Shown: positions 26,021 through 39,611, numbered from the stretch's first letter. The stretch is 64,000 nt of DNA from Eledone cirrhosa (GCA_964016885.1 OZ024756.1:20336001-20400000), one strand, 5' to 3'. The notes: generated by a model from the letters alone, not told the origin. Numbers and translations are program-made.

Positions 26021-26201
26021 ATAATAATAAATTTGAAGACTAAAATCCAAAGAGGGTTCGATAAGGATAAATATATATCAGATATATAAGAACCGTAGAG
26101 GAAATATTTATTAAAATAACAGATTAAAGTTTAAGCAAAGAATCGCTGCTTAAGGGTGAAAGCACCGATTCTTTGCTTAAACTTTAATCTGTTATTTTAA
26201 T
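26017..26201. mobile_element. Fold-back element (family C) in (TA)n
   Basis: Copy of 9366-9577 with a shorter hairpin centre. Confidence 0.65.
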
Positions 26202-26282
26202 ATATATATATATATATATATAGGTATGTGTGTGTATGTATATATGTGTATATATATATATATGTGTGTATGTGTATATATG

Positions 26283-26361
<79 letters not shown>

Positions 26362-26372
26362 ATATGTATGTA

Positions 26373-26815
26373 GAAGTTCTATTTAAATTGTTGGGATACA
26401 ACAAGCAAATATTTTTATAACTGATATAAAGCACTAAACAAATTATTGGAGTAAAAATACGATATATTAACAAATGGAAACTATATTTATAAAACCATAT
26501 TTATTTCATTATATTTATTTCAAGGACACCAAGTTAAATTATGGTGTGCTTCCATCAGATAAAATATAATATAGATCAGTTTTATAAATAAATATTGACA
26601 TACCCTTAAAGAATGCGACCGTTTCTGTTGGAAGCTCCCGGATAGTCAGAAACGGTCGCATTGTTTAAGGGTATGTCAATATTTATTTTTAAAACTGATC
26701 TATATTATATTTTATCTGATGAAAGCACACCATAATTTAACTTGGTGTCCTTGAAATAAATATAATGAAATAAATATGGTTTTATAAATATAGTTTCCAT
26801 TTGTTAATATATCGT
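26373..26815. mobile_element. Fold-back hammerhead element (family B)
   Basis: Arms about 26457-26626 and 26646-26815. Confidence 0.75.
26710..26770 (+). ncRNA. Minimal type I hammerhead ribozyme (family B)
   Basis: ttttat-CTGATGA-aagcacacca...tggtgtcctt-GAAA-taaata-TA-atgaaa. Confidence 0.65.
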
Positions 26816-26819
26816 ATGT

Positions 26820-28140
26820 ATATGTATGTGGTGTATGTGGTGTGTGTGGTGTGTGTGGTGTGTGGTGTGTGTATGTGGTGTGTGTGGTGTGGTGTGTGTA
26901 TGTGGTGTATGTGGTGTATGTGGTGTGTGTGGTGTGTGTGGTGTGTGGTGTGTGTATGTGGTGTGTGTGGTGTGTGTGGTGTGGTGTGTGTATGTGGTGT
27001 GTGTGGTGTGTGTGGTGTGGTGTGTGTATGTGCTGTATGTGGTGTGTGTGGTGTGTGTATGTGGTGTATGTGGTGTGTGCGATTGTGTGCGTGTCAGAGT
27101 CTATCAGTCTCCTCCTCTCATATATATATATATACATACACACACACACGCATATATATATACACATATATATATATATATGTGTGTGGGGTGTATGAGA
27201 GGAGGAGACTGATAGACACTGACACGCACACAATCGCACACACCACATACACCACATACACACACCACACACACCACACACACCACATACAGCACATACA
27301 CACACCACACCACACACACCACACACACACCACATACACCACATACACACATCACACCACACACACCACACACACCACACACAAACCACATACACACACC
27401 ACACACACCACACACACCACATACACCACACCACACACAACACACACAAACCACATACACACACCACACACACACCACACACACCACACACACCACATAC
27501 ACACACCACACACACCACATACACACACCACACAAACCACATACACACACACACCACACATACACACACCACATACACCACACACACCACATACATACAC
27601 CACACACACCACACACACCACACACACCACACCACACCACACACACCACACACACCACACCACACCACACACACCACACCATACACACCACATACACCAC
27701 ACACACCACACACAACACACCACACCACATACACACACCACACACAAACCACATACACACACCACACACACACCACACACACCACATACACCACACACAC
27801 CACATACACCACATACACACACCACACCACACACACCACACACACCACATACACCACATACACCACATACACCACACACCACACAAACCACATACACACA
27901 CCACAAACCACATACACACACCACACCACACACACCACACACACCACACACACCACACAAACCACATACACACACCACAAACCACATACACACACCACAC
28001 CACACACACCACACACACCACATACACACACCACACCACACACACCACATACACCACATACACACACCACACACACCACATACACACACCACACACACCA
28101 CACCACATACACACACCACACACCACACACCACACCACAT
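26820..28140. repeat. Compound (GTGTG)/(CACAC) microsatellite with inverted polarity
   Basis: GT-rich left part and CA-rich right part around an inverted unique core. Confidence 0.9.
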
Positions 28141-28412
28141 TAGTGAGGAGGTAGTAATACAGTTGGTTATGATAATGGTACAATGAATTTCTAGTGACAT
28201 TCTATTCACAGAACAATGGTTTTACCAAAATGTCAGTTTTATTCTTGGATGGGCGGCGGCGGCGGTGGTGTCGCTGGTGGTGGTGGGGGTTGTTGATGCG
28301 GTGGTGGTGGTTGTTGATGTTGTGGTGATGGTGGCGGCGGCGGCGGTGGTTGTTTATGTGTGTGGGGGCGAGCTTATATTTACGTTCTTTCTCTTATAAT
28401 GTCTGTGCTAGA

Positions 28413-28785
28413 AGGCGGTGGATTGGCAGTATCGGTAGAGGGTCAGACGCCCGCCATGCTTTGCAGCATAGAGTTGCGGCCCTTTATGATCTGAGTTCAA
28501 ATCCCGCCAAGGTTAACTTTGCCTTTCAGCCATACTGGGTCGATAAAATAAAGTACCAGTCACGCACTGGAGTCGATTTAATCGACTTTCCCCTCCCCTA
28601 AAATTGCTGGCCTTCTGCCTATTTAATAAGGCGAAGAATTGCCAGAGTCGTTAGAACCTCAAATGAAATGTTCTGTGATATTTGTTCTGACTCTCTGCTC
28701 TCTGAGTTCAAATCCCGCCCAGGTCATCTTTGCCTTTAATCGTTTAGATGTCGATATAAAAAAAAGTACCAACCAAGTACTGGCA
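28413..28785 (+). mobile_element. Two tandem Meta-like SINEs
   Basis: Two heads with GAGTTCAAATCCCGCC B boxes and Meta cores. Confidence 0.8.
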
Positions 28786-28965
28786 TAAATTTTCCCTCTA
28801 TATTCCTTTCTCTTATCCTCTCTCTCTCTCTCTCTCTCTCTCCTAATCTCTCTCTCAATATCTCTCTCTCTCCCACTCTCTCTCTCTCTCTCTCTCTCAA
28901 GAAGACATCTGTTGTCTTCAAACATGGAGGGAAGATGGGCTCCGCCAGGTTTAAAAATGCGCTAT

Positions 28966-29012
<47 letters not shown>

Positions 29013-29084
29013 CTCTATCTCTCTATCTCTCTCTCTCTCTCTCTATCTTTCTATCTATCTATCTGAAAAAGAAATCGGCTGTGT

Positions 29085-29550
29085 TTCGGATTAGACGAGG
29101 GTCAGAAATGTGGATATTCTCGGTGTATTAGACGAGGGTCACAAATATGTATATTCTCGGTGTATTAGACGAGGGTTACAAATGTGGATATTCTCGGTGT
29201 ATTAGACGGGTGTCCGAAATGTGGATATCCTCGGTGTATTAGACGAGGGTCACAAATGTGGATATTCTCGGTGTATTAGACGAGGGTTACAAATGTGGAT
29301 ATTCTCGGTGTATTAGACGGGTGTCCGAAATGTGGATATCCTCGGTGTATTAGACGAGGGTCACAAATGTGGATATTCTCGGTGTATTAGACGAGGGTTA
29401 CAAATGTGGATATTCTGGGTGTATTAGACGGGGGTCCGAAATGTGGATATCCTCGGTGTATTAGACTAGGGTCACAAAGGGGTATATTATCGGTGTATTA
29501 GGCGAGGGTCACACTAGTGTATATTCTCCGTGTATTTAGGCGAGGGTCAC
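29085..29550. repeat. 37-bp minisatellite, about 12.5 copies, with a 3-unit higher-order period
   Basis: Unit tgtattagacgagggtcacaaatgtggatattctcgg. Confidence 0.95.
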
Positions 29551-29949
29551 GCATTCATCAAGGGTGGTAAATATTCTTTATAATAATTCTGTTTATGCAA
29601 TATTATATAATCTCCACAACTCCTCTCTCTCCCTCTCTCCCTCTCTCTCTCTATCTAGCCAACTATTTCTATGTCTTCCCTCCCCTTTCTCTCCCCCACT
29701 GCCGCCACACCTCTCACACTAAAATCTCTCCATCTTTCCTTATCCATAAGTAAACCCAACAAACTAACATTTACTTTAAATACCGAGCTCTTACAAGAAA
29801 CAGTCGATTTATTAGAGATTGTTAGCTAAGGTTTACACTGTATTACACCTGACAACTCTTCTGTCGTCTGCTCACAAAACGTTTTCACTTTTATTCCTGG
29901 CGTCTAACAACAATTGCTTTCTGTACGTTGTTGTTTACGTATTTTGTAA

Positions 29950-30305
29950 ATGGAGGGGGGTCGTTTCTTTTTAATTTTTGCGGAATGGGGTCGTTTATTT
30001 TTATTTTTTGCAGGGTGAGATCGTTTTTTTTTTTTTTTGCGGGTTGGGGTCGTTTCTTTTTATTCTTTTGCGGGGAGAGGTCGTTTTTTTTTTTTTTCGT
30101 GAGGGGGAGTGGGCGTTTCTTTTCGTTTTTTTTTTTGCGGGTTTTTTTTTTTTGCTGCAAGGGGTCGCTTCTTTTGGGGTGTTTTGCGGGGTGGGGGACT
30201 TTCTTTTCGTTTTTTGCTGGAAGGGGTGGGGGGTTTTCGATTTCTTTCCGTGAGAAGTCGTTTCTTTTCGTTTACTTGGGGTGGAGGCTTTCTTTTCGAT
30301 TTTTT
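29950..30305. repeat. Degenerate T/G-rich tandem repeat of about 30 bp
   Basis: Recurrent gggtcgtttctttt...ttttgcgg. Confidence 0.7.
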
Positions 30306-30394
30306 TTTCTATTATCTCGTATCCACTAATAAGAGAATCTTGTAATCAATGTTGTTTGTTTATCATTATTCTACATACATGTTTTCTATGAGAT

Positions 30395-30700
30395 GGACCT
30401 CAGTCGGTTTCGACGATGAGTGTCCCAGTTGTTCGACCAATGGAACAGCATGCTCAGGAAATTAACGTATAATTCTCAGGGAGATTCTGCCTGACACTGT
30501 GCACGAAAAGGCTAACCTTTTGAAATATGACTACTATCCATGTGACGGGATTCCAAACAGTTTCTGTCTGCCAAATTTCATTTGCAAAGCATGGGTCGAT
30601 CCGATGCAAAGTTAAATGACACACTTACTTAAAATACCTCGCACTAGGATTTTAACCCGGAACCTAATAATTACAGTGTGAATTTATTACGCATTCGTCC
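30395..30700 (-). mobile_element. Degenerate SINE(s) of another CORE-like family
   Basis: Minus strand gggttaaaatcct B-box relic and tgaaatttggcagacagaaactg; similar to 34745-35040 on +. Confidence 0.45.
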
Positions 30701-30789
30701 ATGCGGCATCCATATATTTCTCTCTCTAGATATATATATATATATATTATATATATATATAATATATATATTTATTATTTTTCAAGAAA

Positions 30790-31045
30790 TCAATCGACAA
30801 GATCCCAGACCTCATTTGCTTACCGACTGGAGTGAGACTTGTCAAATCGGACCAAGGAAAGATTGTTTCCGTGGGTCTTCTTATTGCTGATACTATCTAC
30901 CAGTCACAACTCCTGACAACGTGAAATAAAATATCTTGCTCAAGAACGAGAACATTAGGCATCACCCGGTCCGGGAACCGGAAATCGAACTCACAACCTC
31001 ACGATTGCCATTTCCAATCCAATTCTCTAACCACTAAGTCACTCG
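30790..31045 (-). mobile_element. tRNA-derived CORE-like SINE
   Basis: Minus strand: gtgacttagtggttagag (A box), gagttcgatttcc (B box), cttgagcaagata. Homologues at 49760-49897, 49988-50278 and 57125-57210. Confidence 0.65.
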
Positions 31046-31481
31046 TCTTCACACACACTTAATGATATATATATATATATATATATATACAGATATCCAC
31101 GGTAAGTTGTGGGGTCTATTCTGCATGAAGAACCCAATGTAATCCATATGTTGAAAATGCTGTAGGTTAAAAGGTTGTATTATTATTATTATCATCACCT
31201 AGAAACGATCAGTGAAGTATATCTCTAATGACTTTATTTTTTATTTCATTGTTTTAACGTATATATATATATACACACACACAAATATATATATATATAT
31301 GTTTGTGTATATATATAAATATATACAAACATATATGTATAGCAATTTTCTGCTCCTCCTAACTATATATATTAGACTCGTCCAAATTGTAACAATAAAC
31401 TGTTCTACCAGATGAGATGATATAAAAATCTAATGATTAACTGTAGCAGAAGACATCAGTTGCTAATACGTTTGAGTTAAC

Positions 31482-32657
31482 ATGGCTGAGAAAGACCCAC
31501 GTCGTGGATTATGGAAGAAGTACAAATCCCGAAATCCCCAAAAGAATTCAATTACGATTGAGGTACCTTTGGATCTACTTGATGCTGTTTTATCGTCTCT
31601 ACTAGAAATACTTCTTAACTCGAGGTCTGAAGGTAAACGCATCTCAGCTGAAAATGCCGGCGGCTCAAAATCCTTGAAAAGAGTTACTGTTCAGAAGAAA
31701 ATGCACCCCACTGATTTTGCCTACGTTGTCATTGCTAACCAAGATCTATCTAATCATCTACGAAACATTGCCAACGAGTTTAAGGGTCACTTCGGCATGG
31801 GAAGAGCTATTACTGAAGATGATATATATCTAAACTTTTTCCATTACGTTAAATGCGATGAGGAAAAAATCTTGCACGTTTGGGAAACTTGGAAAATTAA
31901 AGTGATCCTAAATTCTGAAAAGACTTATACGGAAATTGAAAGAAACTTAAGAGCGGCATCGTTGTATATCTACGATCTCCAGTTGCCGCCACTTCCAAAT
32001 AATCTGTCACTTGATCTCTGTAAAAATATCTTTCAAACTGAATATAGTGAGGCTTGGCCGTACCGACATTTCATTCGACAAGCGAGCAACAAACCTTCTT
32101 GTCACGCCCTCTCTATCACTGTGAATATTGATAACATGCGTACAATTTTAAACATCATCTTTGAGTCAATATTGTGTACACGGTGTGTACCCACGTTGAT
32201 ACGTTCGGGAAATGACGACTATAAATATGGTTCTAAAACAACTAGTAAAGAATACGCCCCTGTCTTTGACATTTCCTACGACAGAATAATTTGTCCTGAT
32301 CTAATAGCGATACTTCAGAAACATGCCAGCGCCTGTCAAACGTTTGTACAATTACAGAAACACTTACCAGAAAATGTCAACATTTTCGTAAGTTTTTATC
32401 ATCTACATGAGACAAAACGTGAAAGTTGGAGTCGAAAAATCACTGAGAGATGGCAGATTAAATGTACACTTGCAACAGTGGATAATACTACAACTGATGT
32501 CAAAAAGCAACTCGAGGAAGTGTTTAGTTATATTAACAAAGCTAAATTTCCAAATTCACTAAGAGTTTCTCCATGTCTTAAATATGACGGGTTGCCTAAA
32601 TATTTCTTCACAAAATTTGAATACTGCACACCGTATCTGTTTTATGTTCATTTTTAG
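31482..32657 (+). CDS. Intronless 391-aa protein with two tandem divergent ATG101-like HORMA domains
   Basis: Only long, non-repetitive, full-complexity ORF in the window, with AACATGG start context and downstream AATAAA (32977, 33175). Motifs LLNSRSEGK, DFAYVVIANQDLSNHLRNIANEFK, WETWKIKV and LPPLP...IFQT...WPYRH match human ATG101 as recalled (LLHRSTGK, DFTYVRVSSEELDRALRKVVGEFK, WEVWTVKV, LPKMP...VFDT...QPYLY). The second half repeats the pattern (SITVNID, ILCTR, DISYDRI, ERWQIKC, TPYLFYVHF). Confidence 0.8.
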   Translation: MAEKDPRRGLWKKYKSRNPQKNSITIEVPLDLLDAVLSSLLEILLNSRSEGKRISAENAGGSKSLKRVTVQKKMHPTDFAYVVIANQDLSNHLRNIANEFKGHFGMGRAITEDDIYLNFFHYVKCDEEKILHVWETWKIKVILNSEKTYTEIERNLRAASLYIYDLQLPPLPNNLSLDLCKNIFQTEYSEAWPYRHFIRQASNKPSCHALSITVNIDNMRTILNIIFESILCTRCVPTLIRSGNDDYKYGSKTTSKEYAPVFDISYDRIICPDLIAILQKHASACQTFVQLQKHLPENVNIFVSFYHLHETKRESWSRKITERWQIKCTLATVDNTTTDVKKQLEEVFSYINKAKFPNSLRVSPCLKYDGLPKYFFTKFEYCTPYLFYVHF

Positions 32658-33037
32658 CAGTATTCTTAAGCGAAACACTTTTTTTTTTTTTTTAAAGTAC
32701 AGAAGAAATTATATATTTTAAAATGCAGAAGAAACATATATTTTAAAGTGCGGAAGGAATTATATATTTTAAAATGCAGTAGAAATAATATATTTTAAAA
32801 TGCGGATGAAATGATATATTTTAATCCATTTTGAAGTTATACTTTATCTAAATGTATTGTTTCTTTATCTCGTAAATATTTTTAAATATCTCCTTTTTTT
32901 TTTTTTTTTTTTTTTTTAAACCATTTTACATCTGAATAATGTAGTTGCCGGAGTGGCACAAATGGAGATAATTTAAAATAAATTCCTTTTTAGTTCTAAA
33001 TGTTACTTATTCTTCTTCAGGTATAGTTTATCAATCG

Positions 33038-33081
<44 letters not shown>

Positions 33082-33358
33082 CGAGTTTTCTTTAAATCTA
33101 TAATACAAAAAAACTTTAAAGTGTTCTAAAATCTTGATAAAGAAGCTGCATTTCATAACTCTAATTATTTTGAAAATAAATGCTTTTAAAATTTTCCAAC
33201 GTTAATAAAAATGGCAATCGTTATATATTTCTGTTATATATATATATATATATATATTTCTATATATATATATATTTCTATATATATATATATTTCTATA
33301 TATATATATATTTCTATTTTATATATATATACTTCTATTTTATATATATATATACTTC

Positions 33359-33396
<38 letters not shown>

Positions 33397-33457
33397 CTAT
33401 TGTGTGTGTGTATGTATATATATATATATATATATATATAGTTCTATTGTGTGTGTG

Positions 33458-33496
<39 letters not shown>

Positions 33497-33621
33497 CTAT
33501 TGTGTGTGTGTATGTATATATATATATATATATATATATAGTTCCATTATGTGTGTATGTATATATATATATATATAGTTCCATTATGTGTGTGTGTATA
33601 TATATATATATATATAGTTCC

Positions 33622-33760
<139 letters not shown>

Positions 33761-33776
33761 TTCCATTGTGTGTGTG

Positions 33777-33817
<41 letters not shown>

Positions 33818-33852
33818 CCATTGTGTGTGTGTATATATATATATAGTTCCAT

Positions 33853-33884
<32 letters not shown>

Positions 33885-33886
33885 GT

Positions 33887-33918
<32 letters not shown>

Positions 33919-33928
33919 GTTCTATTAT

Positions 33929-33961
<33 letters not shown>

Positions 33962-33986
33962 GTTCTATTATGTATGTGTGCGTATA

Positions 33987-34024
<38 letters not shown>

Positions 34025-34096
34025 CTATTATGTATGTGTGCGTATATATATTATATATATATATATATATATACTTCTATTATGTATGTGTGCGTA

Positions 34097-34127
<31 letters not shown>

Positions 34128-34231
34128 CTTCTATTATGTGTGTATGTATATATATTATATATATATATATATATACTTCTATTATGTGTGTATGTATATA
34201 TATATATATATATACTTCTATTATGTGTGTG

Positions 34232-34269
<38 letters not shown>

Positions 34270-34399
34270 GTGAATCCTATTTAGATGAGCTAAATCCCTT
34301 CCCTTCAAATAGACACGAATCTAATCTATAGTAAGTTCTTCATAGAAAACAAAAACAATGTAGCACCGTCCTTCTCTTTGCCCCCACGACCCTTTCAGG

Positions 34400-34650
34400 A
34401 ATAAGTGGGCAGAGTCAGAAGCAGCGGTCTCCGGCTGCATCCCCAACCGTGACTAGCTAAGCGCATGGATGTTATCCAACCATCTTGCTCGGTCTACCCT
34501 TGGGTCTCATGCCGGTTGTTTTGTTTTTTTTGCCCGTGAAATCCGTCCAGTGATTCTTTCCTGAGACATTCTAACCACATGCCCATAGTATCGGAACTGT
34601 GATCTCTCAATTCGGCGAAGTAGCGGCTCTACCTGGAGTGACTCTGACCT
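34400..34650 (-). mobile_element. Degenerate RTE (Rex3/Expander-like) LINE fragment
   Basis: Minus strand translates QVEPLLRRIERSQFRYYGHVVRMSQER, followed by RPKGRP. Confidence 0.75.
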
Positions 34651-34744
34651 AGCACCGTTATTTCGTTAATTGCAACATAAACTATCTATATTCTTATTTG
34701 CGGTCTCAGCATGACCGAATCATTTTCTCTTCGAAATCATTAGG

Positions 34745-35040
34745 TCCCGGGTTCGATCTCCAACGAGGCATCTTGGTCAATTGTCGTTTCTCATATCGTC
34801 GACTCGGATCGTGCCTTGTTAATGAAATTTGGTAGACGGGACCCATTTGGAAGCCTTAAAATATGGACTGTAATTTATTGTAAAAAGACAGCTTTTACGC
34901 ACACGTACACACTAAATTTCTTTGAGTTATGTTAAGTGTACACGTGTCTGTGATATGCTCAGCTAATTACGTTAGCCTCATGAGTCGACCGATCCGTTTG
35001 GTCGAACGACTTCGATACTTCTCGTCGAAACTGACGAGGA
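34745..35040 (+). mobile_element. Degenerate CORE-like SINE
   Basis: gggttcgatctc B box, catcttggtcaattgtc, tgaaatttggtagacgg...ggaagcc. Confidence 0.45.
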
Positions 35041-35839
35041 TCCCTTCCATATTCCTATTTATTCCGAACACAATATCGTAGTCGACTCTAAACTCTACAG
35101 ATTTATCAATTCTTCCACGTTTAATACTTACTGTAGACAGTAACCTTCTGTTTCAATGCAATGGACTAACTCTCTCGTAATACCAGTAATACGTAATGGT
35201 AAATGGCTTATAAATGTTTTATCTGCTGCGGACATTCATCTGAAGTCTCCCTCTTTCTCTCCCTCTTTCGCTCTCTTTCTCTCTCTCCTTTACGTTCGTT
35301 CGTTCGTTTGTTCGTGTATATATGATCGCTACTCTAAGAAAGCTCGCGATATATCAATGAATTGAAACAGCAGAATTTTTATTTATTCATGTAAACTGTT
35401 CAATAGCTGTCTGTAGTCATAACTGTTGCATAACATGTACCATCGAAATATATATATAGCAGCAGCAATTGTATAACGAACGAATAAATGAGGTAAATTC
35501 TAACCTGTTGACTTATACTTGATTATTATAATTATACTCCGGAGTACGCAGTCCTACTTGTGTACTTCGTTGAGTGATTTACTCTGCATACACCAGTGTC
35601 GGTTGTCTAACACACATTCTACTCTGTGTGTGTGTGTGTAACACCGGAGCCTGGCAATCAAATCACTTGACTCTTATTTCTAAAGTGACGTTAGATAACG
35701 TTTTGTCCAGTATTGAAATAAGGTTTAGCCGAGGTAAAATGGAAAACCAACAAGATTCTAATACTGACGAGTTTTCTGGGGCAGGGCATCGAAGCTGTTA
35801 AATAATGGTTTCTGATTTTAGGCACAAGGCCAACATATT

Positions 35840-35975
35840 TGCGAGATGGAATGGGCACTTCCAGCGCATCTCCCTTGCCGTCCTCCGGGGAAACGCCTTC
35901 TCCATTCTGTCCGCCGGGGCTGTGGGGCGGCCAGCACGTGGGACCCCATTTGCTCACTATACAGAGAGATGGGGA
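35840..35975 (+). mobile_element. CRE-like (RLE endonuclease) non-LTR retrotransposon C-terminal fragment
   Basis: FQRISLAVLRGNAFSIL fits the FQRLS-A-QRGNA terminal motif. Confidence 0.65.
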
Positions 35976-36085
35976 GGATTATGGTGGGGGTTGGCCTCTT
36001 CTGTGTTCGGACACGTTGCACCTGTCAAGAATATATTTTCATATTTACACATCTTCGTTTAATGTCTTGTATTATATTTAGTAAA

Positions 36086-36632
36086 GGGCGGTGGATTGGC
36101 AGTATCGGTAGAGGGTCGGACGCCATGCTTTGATGCATAGAGTTACGGCCCTTCCCATTCTGAGTTCAAATCCCGCCGAGGTTAACTTTGCCTTTCATCC
36201 TTACTGAGTCGATAAAATAAAGTACCAGTAATGCATTGGATCATTGCTGGCCTTGTACCAAAAGTAGAAACAATTATATTTAGTAAAGGTAGGGCGGTGG
36301 ATCGGTAGTGTCGGACGCCATGCTTTGCAGCATAGTTACGGCCCTTTATCAAATCCCGCCGTGGTTAGCTTTGCCTTTCCTTTCATCCTTACGGGGGTCG
36401 ATAAAATAAAGTACCAGTCACGCAAAATTGCTGGCCTTGTGCCTATATAAGAAACCATTATATTTAGTAAAGGTTAATGAACTGTTCAACAAATATTTGT
36501 GGGGGAAGATATGTCGATTAAAATCGATCCCAGTGCGTAACTGGTACTTTATTTTATCGGTCTTATAAGGATGAAAGACAAAGCTAACCTTGGCGGGATC
36601 TGAACTCAGAACGTAAAGGGACGTAACTATAT
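36086..36632. mobile_element. Meta-like SINE cluster (two on +, one on -)
   Basis: About 36086-36275 (+), 36292-36460 (+) and 36500-36632 (-). Confidence 0.8.
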
Positions 36633-37029
36633 GCCACAATGTGAAATAACAATCGAGAATCCGGATTGCATACTCCACATAATGGGACTCTCACACTTTC
36701 TCCTTTTTCTTTCCTTTTCTATTTTTCTTTCCCTTTCTCTCTCTTTCTTTCATAACAGTTAGGTATTCAAGGGGGTTAACCTTTCCTTAGTTATCTCCCT
36801 TGTTAATTTCTTTCCTTCAACTGTAACATCAGTCTTGCTATAAAATCAGCGCCCTCTATATAAACTGAATGCGCATAAATGAAAGCGCATTTTTCCTGGC
36901 CACATCATTTACACTTGGGTCCCTAATAATGGGAGTAGAATTAGCGGTGTGGTGGAAAAATCGATAATTTTTTTAGGTTGTCTCAGAATTAGTCGTTTAG
37001 TTTACATATTGAGACCCCCAACCCATGCT

Positions 37030-37245
37030 ATTTATCTTACAGCATATGGGATATCCCTATTTACCACCATAGACGCTGAGCTGACTAGCCACAGGTGTGA
37101 GCCGCCTCGCGAGATGGAATGGCTCTTCCAGCGCATCTCCCTTACCATCCTCCGGGAAAACACCTTCTCCATTCTGTCCGCCGGCGCTGTGGGGCGGCCA
37201 GCACGTGGGACCCCATTTGCTCATAATAGAGAGAGATGGGGCGGT
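37030..37245 (+). mobile_element. Second CRE-like C-terminal fragment
   Basis: REMEWLFQRISLTILRENTFSILSAG; nucleotide near-duplicate of 35840-35975. Confidence 0.6.
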
Positions 37246-37629
37246 CGAGAGAGATGGAGGCGATGACAGTGGGTGTTCGGACCTGGAGTACCGCATCAGT
37301 TATCCGTAAGGAGGTAGTGATTCATTTCCTATTATAGTTCAGATATTTGCCTTATTGTTGCCATGAGAAACATATGGCATTTCTCAGTAATGTACTTTCT
37401 TTTTTGTCGTGTATACTTTTTAATGTGTAAAGAAAATTATCACAGGAATGCTACCACTTAAAATAAACTTTAGCCGGAGATAGATCAGTAAAATTTAATA
37501 AGCTGGGGAGGGTATGGAAAAAATCTGAATAATTAATAAGCTGTGGGGGGGAGGGGAAATTATTCGGGACCCGAGAGTAGGCGATAGGGAACGAGAGGAA
37601 GGAGAGATAGATACAGAGAAGTTGACGTA

Positions 37630-37782
37630 GTATACCACTGGTACAGTATTTATCGATCCCGGTGCGATGAAAGGCGAAAACAAGTTTGACTTGGAGAGAA
37701 TTTCAACTCAGGACGCAGGAGACCGAAACAAATACCGCAAGGCATCCTATTACAGGTTATAACGCTTCTGTCAATTCGCCGT
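37630..37782 (-). mobile_element. Old Meta-like SINE
   Basis: ctggtac...ttatcgatccc...gatgaaaggc...aatttcaactcag. Confidence 0.55.
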
Positions 37783-38347
37783 ATACAGTCACTATACCTG
37801 ACAAATAAAAATAAAAATAAAAAGACGGTGGTCGTGATTAGAACGTTTTTTTATCATAAATCGGTTCACACAGGACTGGCCGGGGGCTAAACATTTTTGT
37901 TGTTGTTGTCGTTGTTATTGTTGTCGTTGTTGATGTTTCACGTACCTAACACAAATAGTCGGAAACTTTCTTTTATTTGACTGGGCTTTTTTGTTTCTTC
38001 GTTCAGGAATAATTTAGAGAAGAAAGACCAGAAGAAAGAAAGGAGGAACGAAAGAAATACCAGATAGTTTTATAATGACTCATCTGAGATTCTGGGTAGG
38101 TAAAAAATGTTAACATTGTCAAATATTTAGGACACCATTCACATACTGTCTATTGAACTTCTCTCTTTCTCTCTCTCTCTCTTTCTCTCTCTCCCTCTCC
38201 TTCACTCTCTTTTTCTCGCTCTATCTGTGTCTAAAGACACATACACATATGTATATATATACACACAGGATATCCCATAAAAAAAGCATTCTAATAAATA
38301 TGTGTTACATTTTTTAGGGATACCCTGTGTATATGTGTGTGTATATA

Positions 38348-38391
<44 letters not shown>

Positions 38392-38443
38392 GTATATATA
38401 TAATTCATTTATTGAGGGAACGCCTTGTTAAACTCCTCAAGTA

Positions 38444-38474
<31 letters not shown>

Positions 38475-38950
38475 GTCGTCTGCCGGTATTCAGTACGAAA
38501 GAGAGTTACTATAATCTAAGAAAGATAACTCTTCCACAAAACTCAAACATAATTTCATCGTGTCTTAATTAAAACAATATTTCTTTATATTAAACTATTT
38601 TCACAATGATTTATAAAGTATTTTGGAAGTAAATATCATTTTCTTTTACACATAGAAATCTTTACTTATTTGTTTTCTGTATTTCAAAAATATCATCAGA
38701 AGATTTCAATGAAAACTAGTTTACTGTCGTCTGGCAGGAATGAAATCATATTAGTCAAGTAAAATATTTAGAGTTAGCTCCCCTGCATTTGTTTATGTAA
38801 CATAGTTCAGTTCTGGAAGTTTGTGCTGAGTAAAATTTATAACAGCGATAGACTGATTCCTAGTTTCATCTCCCACGGTTTGTTCACACACAACACACAC
38901 ACACACAAAAGAAACATACACACACACACATATATATCTATGTGTAAATA

Positions 38951-38985
<35 letters not shown>

Positions 38986-39193
38986 ATATAAATTCAGCGA
39001 GAATCGCATTTCGGCGGGTATATATATATATATATTTGTGCGTGTATATATATATGTGTATGATGTATATATATATGTGTGTGTATGTATATATGTGTGT
39101 GTGTATGTATGTATGTATATATATGTGTGTGTATGTATGTATGTATATATATGTGTGTGTGTGTGTATGTATATATATATGTGTGTGTGTGTA

Positions 39194-39236
<43 letters not shown>

Positions 39237-39464
39237 ATGTATATGTGTGTGTGTGTGTATGTATATGTGTGTGTGTGTGTATGTATATATATATGTGTGT
39301 GTGTGTGTGTATGTATATATATATGTGTGTGTGTGTGTGTATGTATATATGTGTGTGTGTGTGTATGTATATATATGGGTGTGTGTGTGTATGTATATAT
39401 ATATGTGTGTGTGTGTGTATGTATATATATATATATGTGTGTGTGTATGTATGATATGTGTATG

Positions 39465-39508
<44 letters not shown>

Positions 39509-39580
39509 CAGGTATATATGTGTGTATGTATGTGTATATATATATATATACACGTATATATATATTTATATATATATGTG

Positions 39581-39611
<31 letters not shown>

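Noticed and set aside
29085-29550. CRISPR-like appearance of 37-bp repeats (also the 55-bp and 48-bp arrays)
   Set aside because: Units are contiguous with no unique spacers, there are no cas genes, and the context is eukaryotic.
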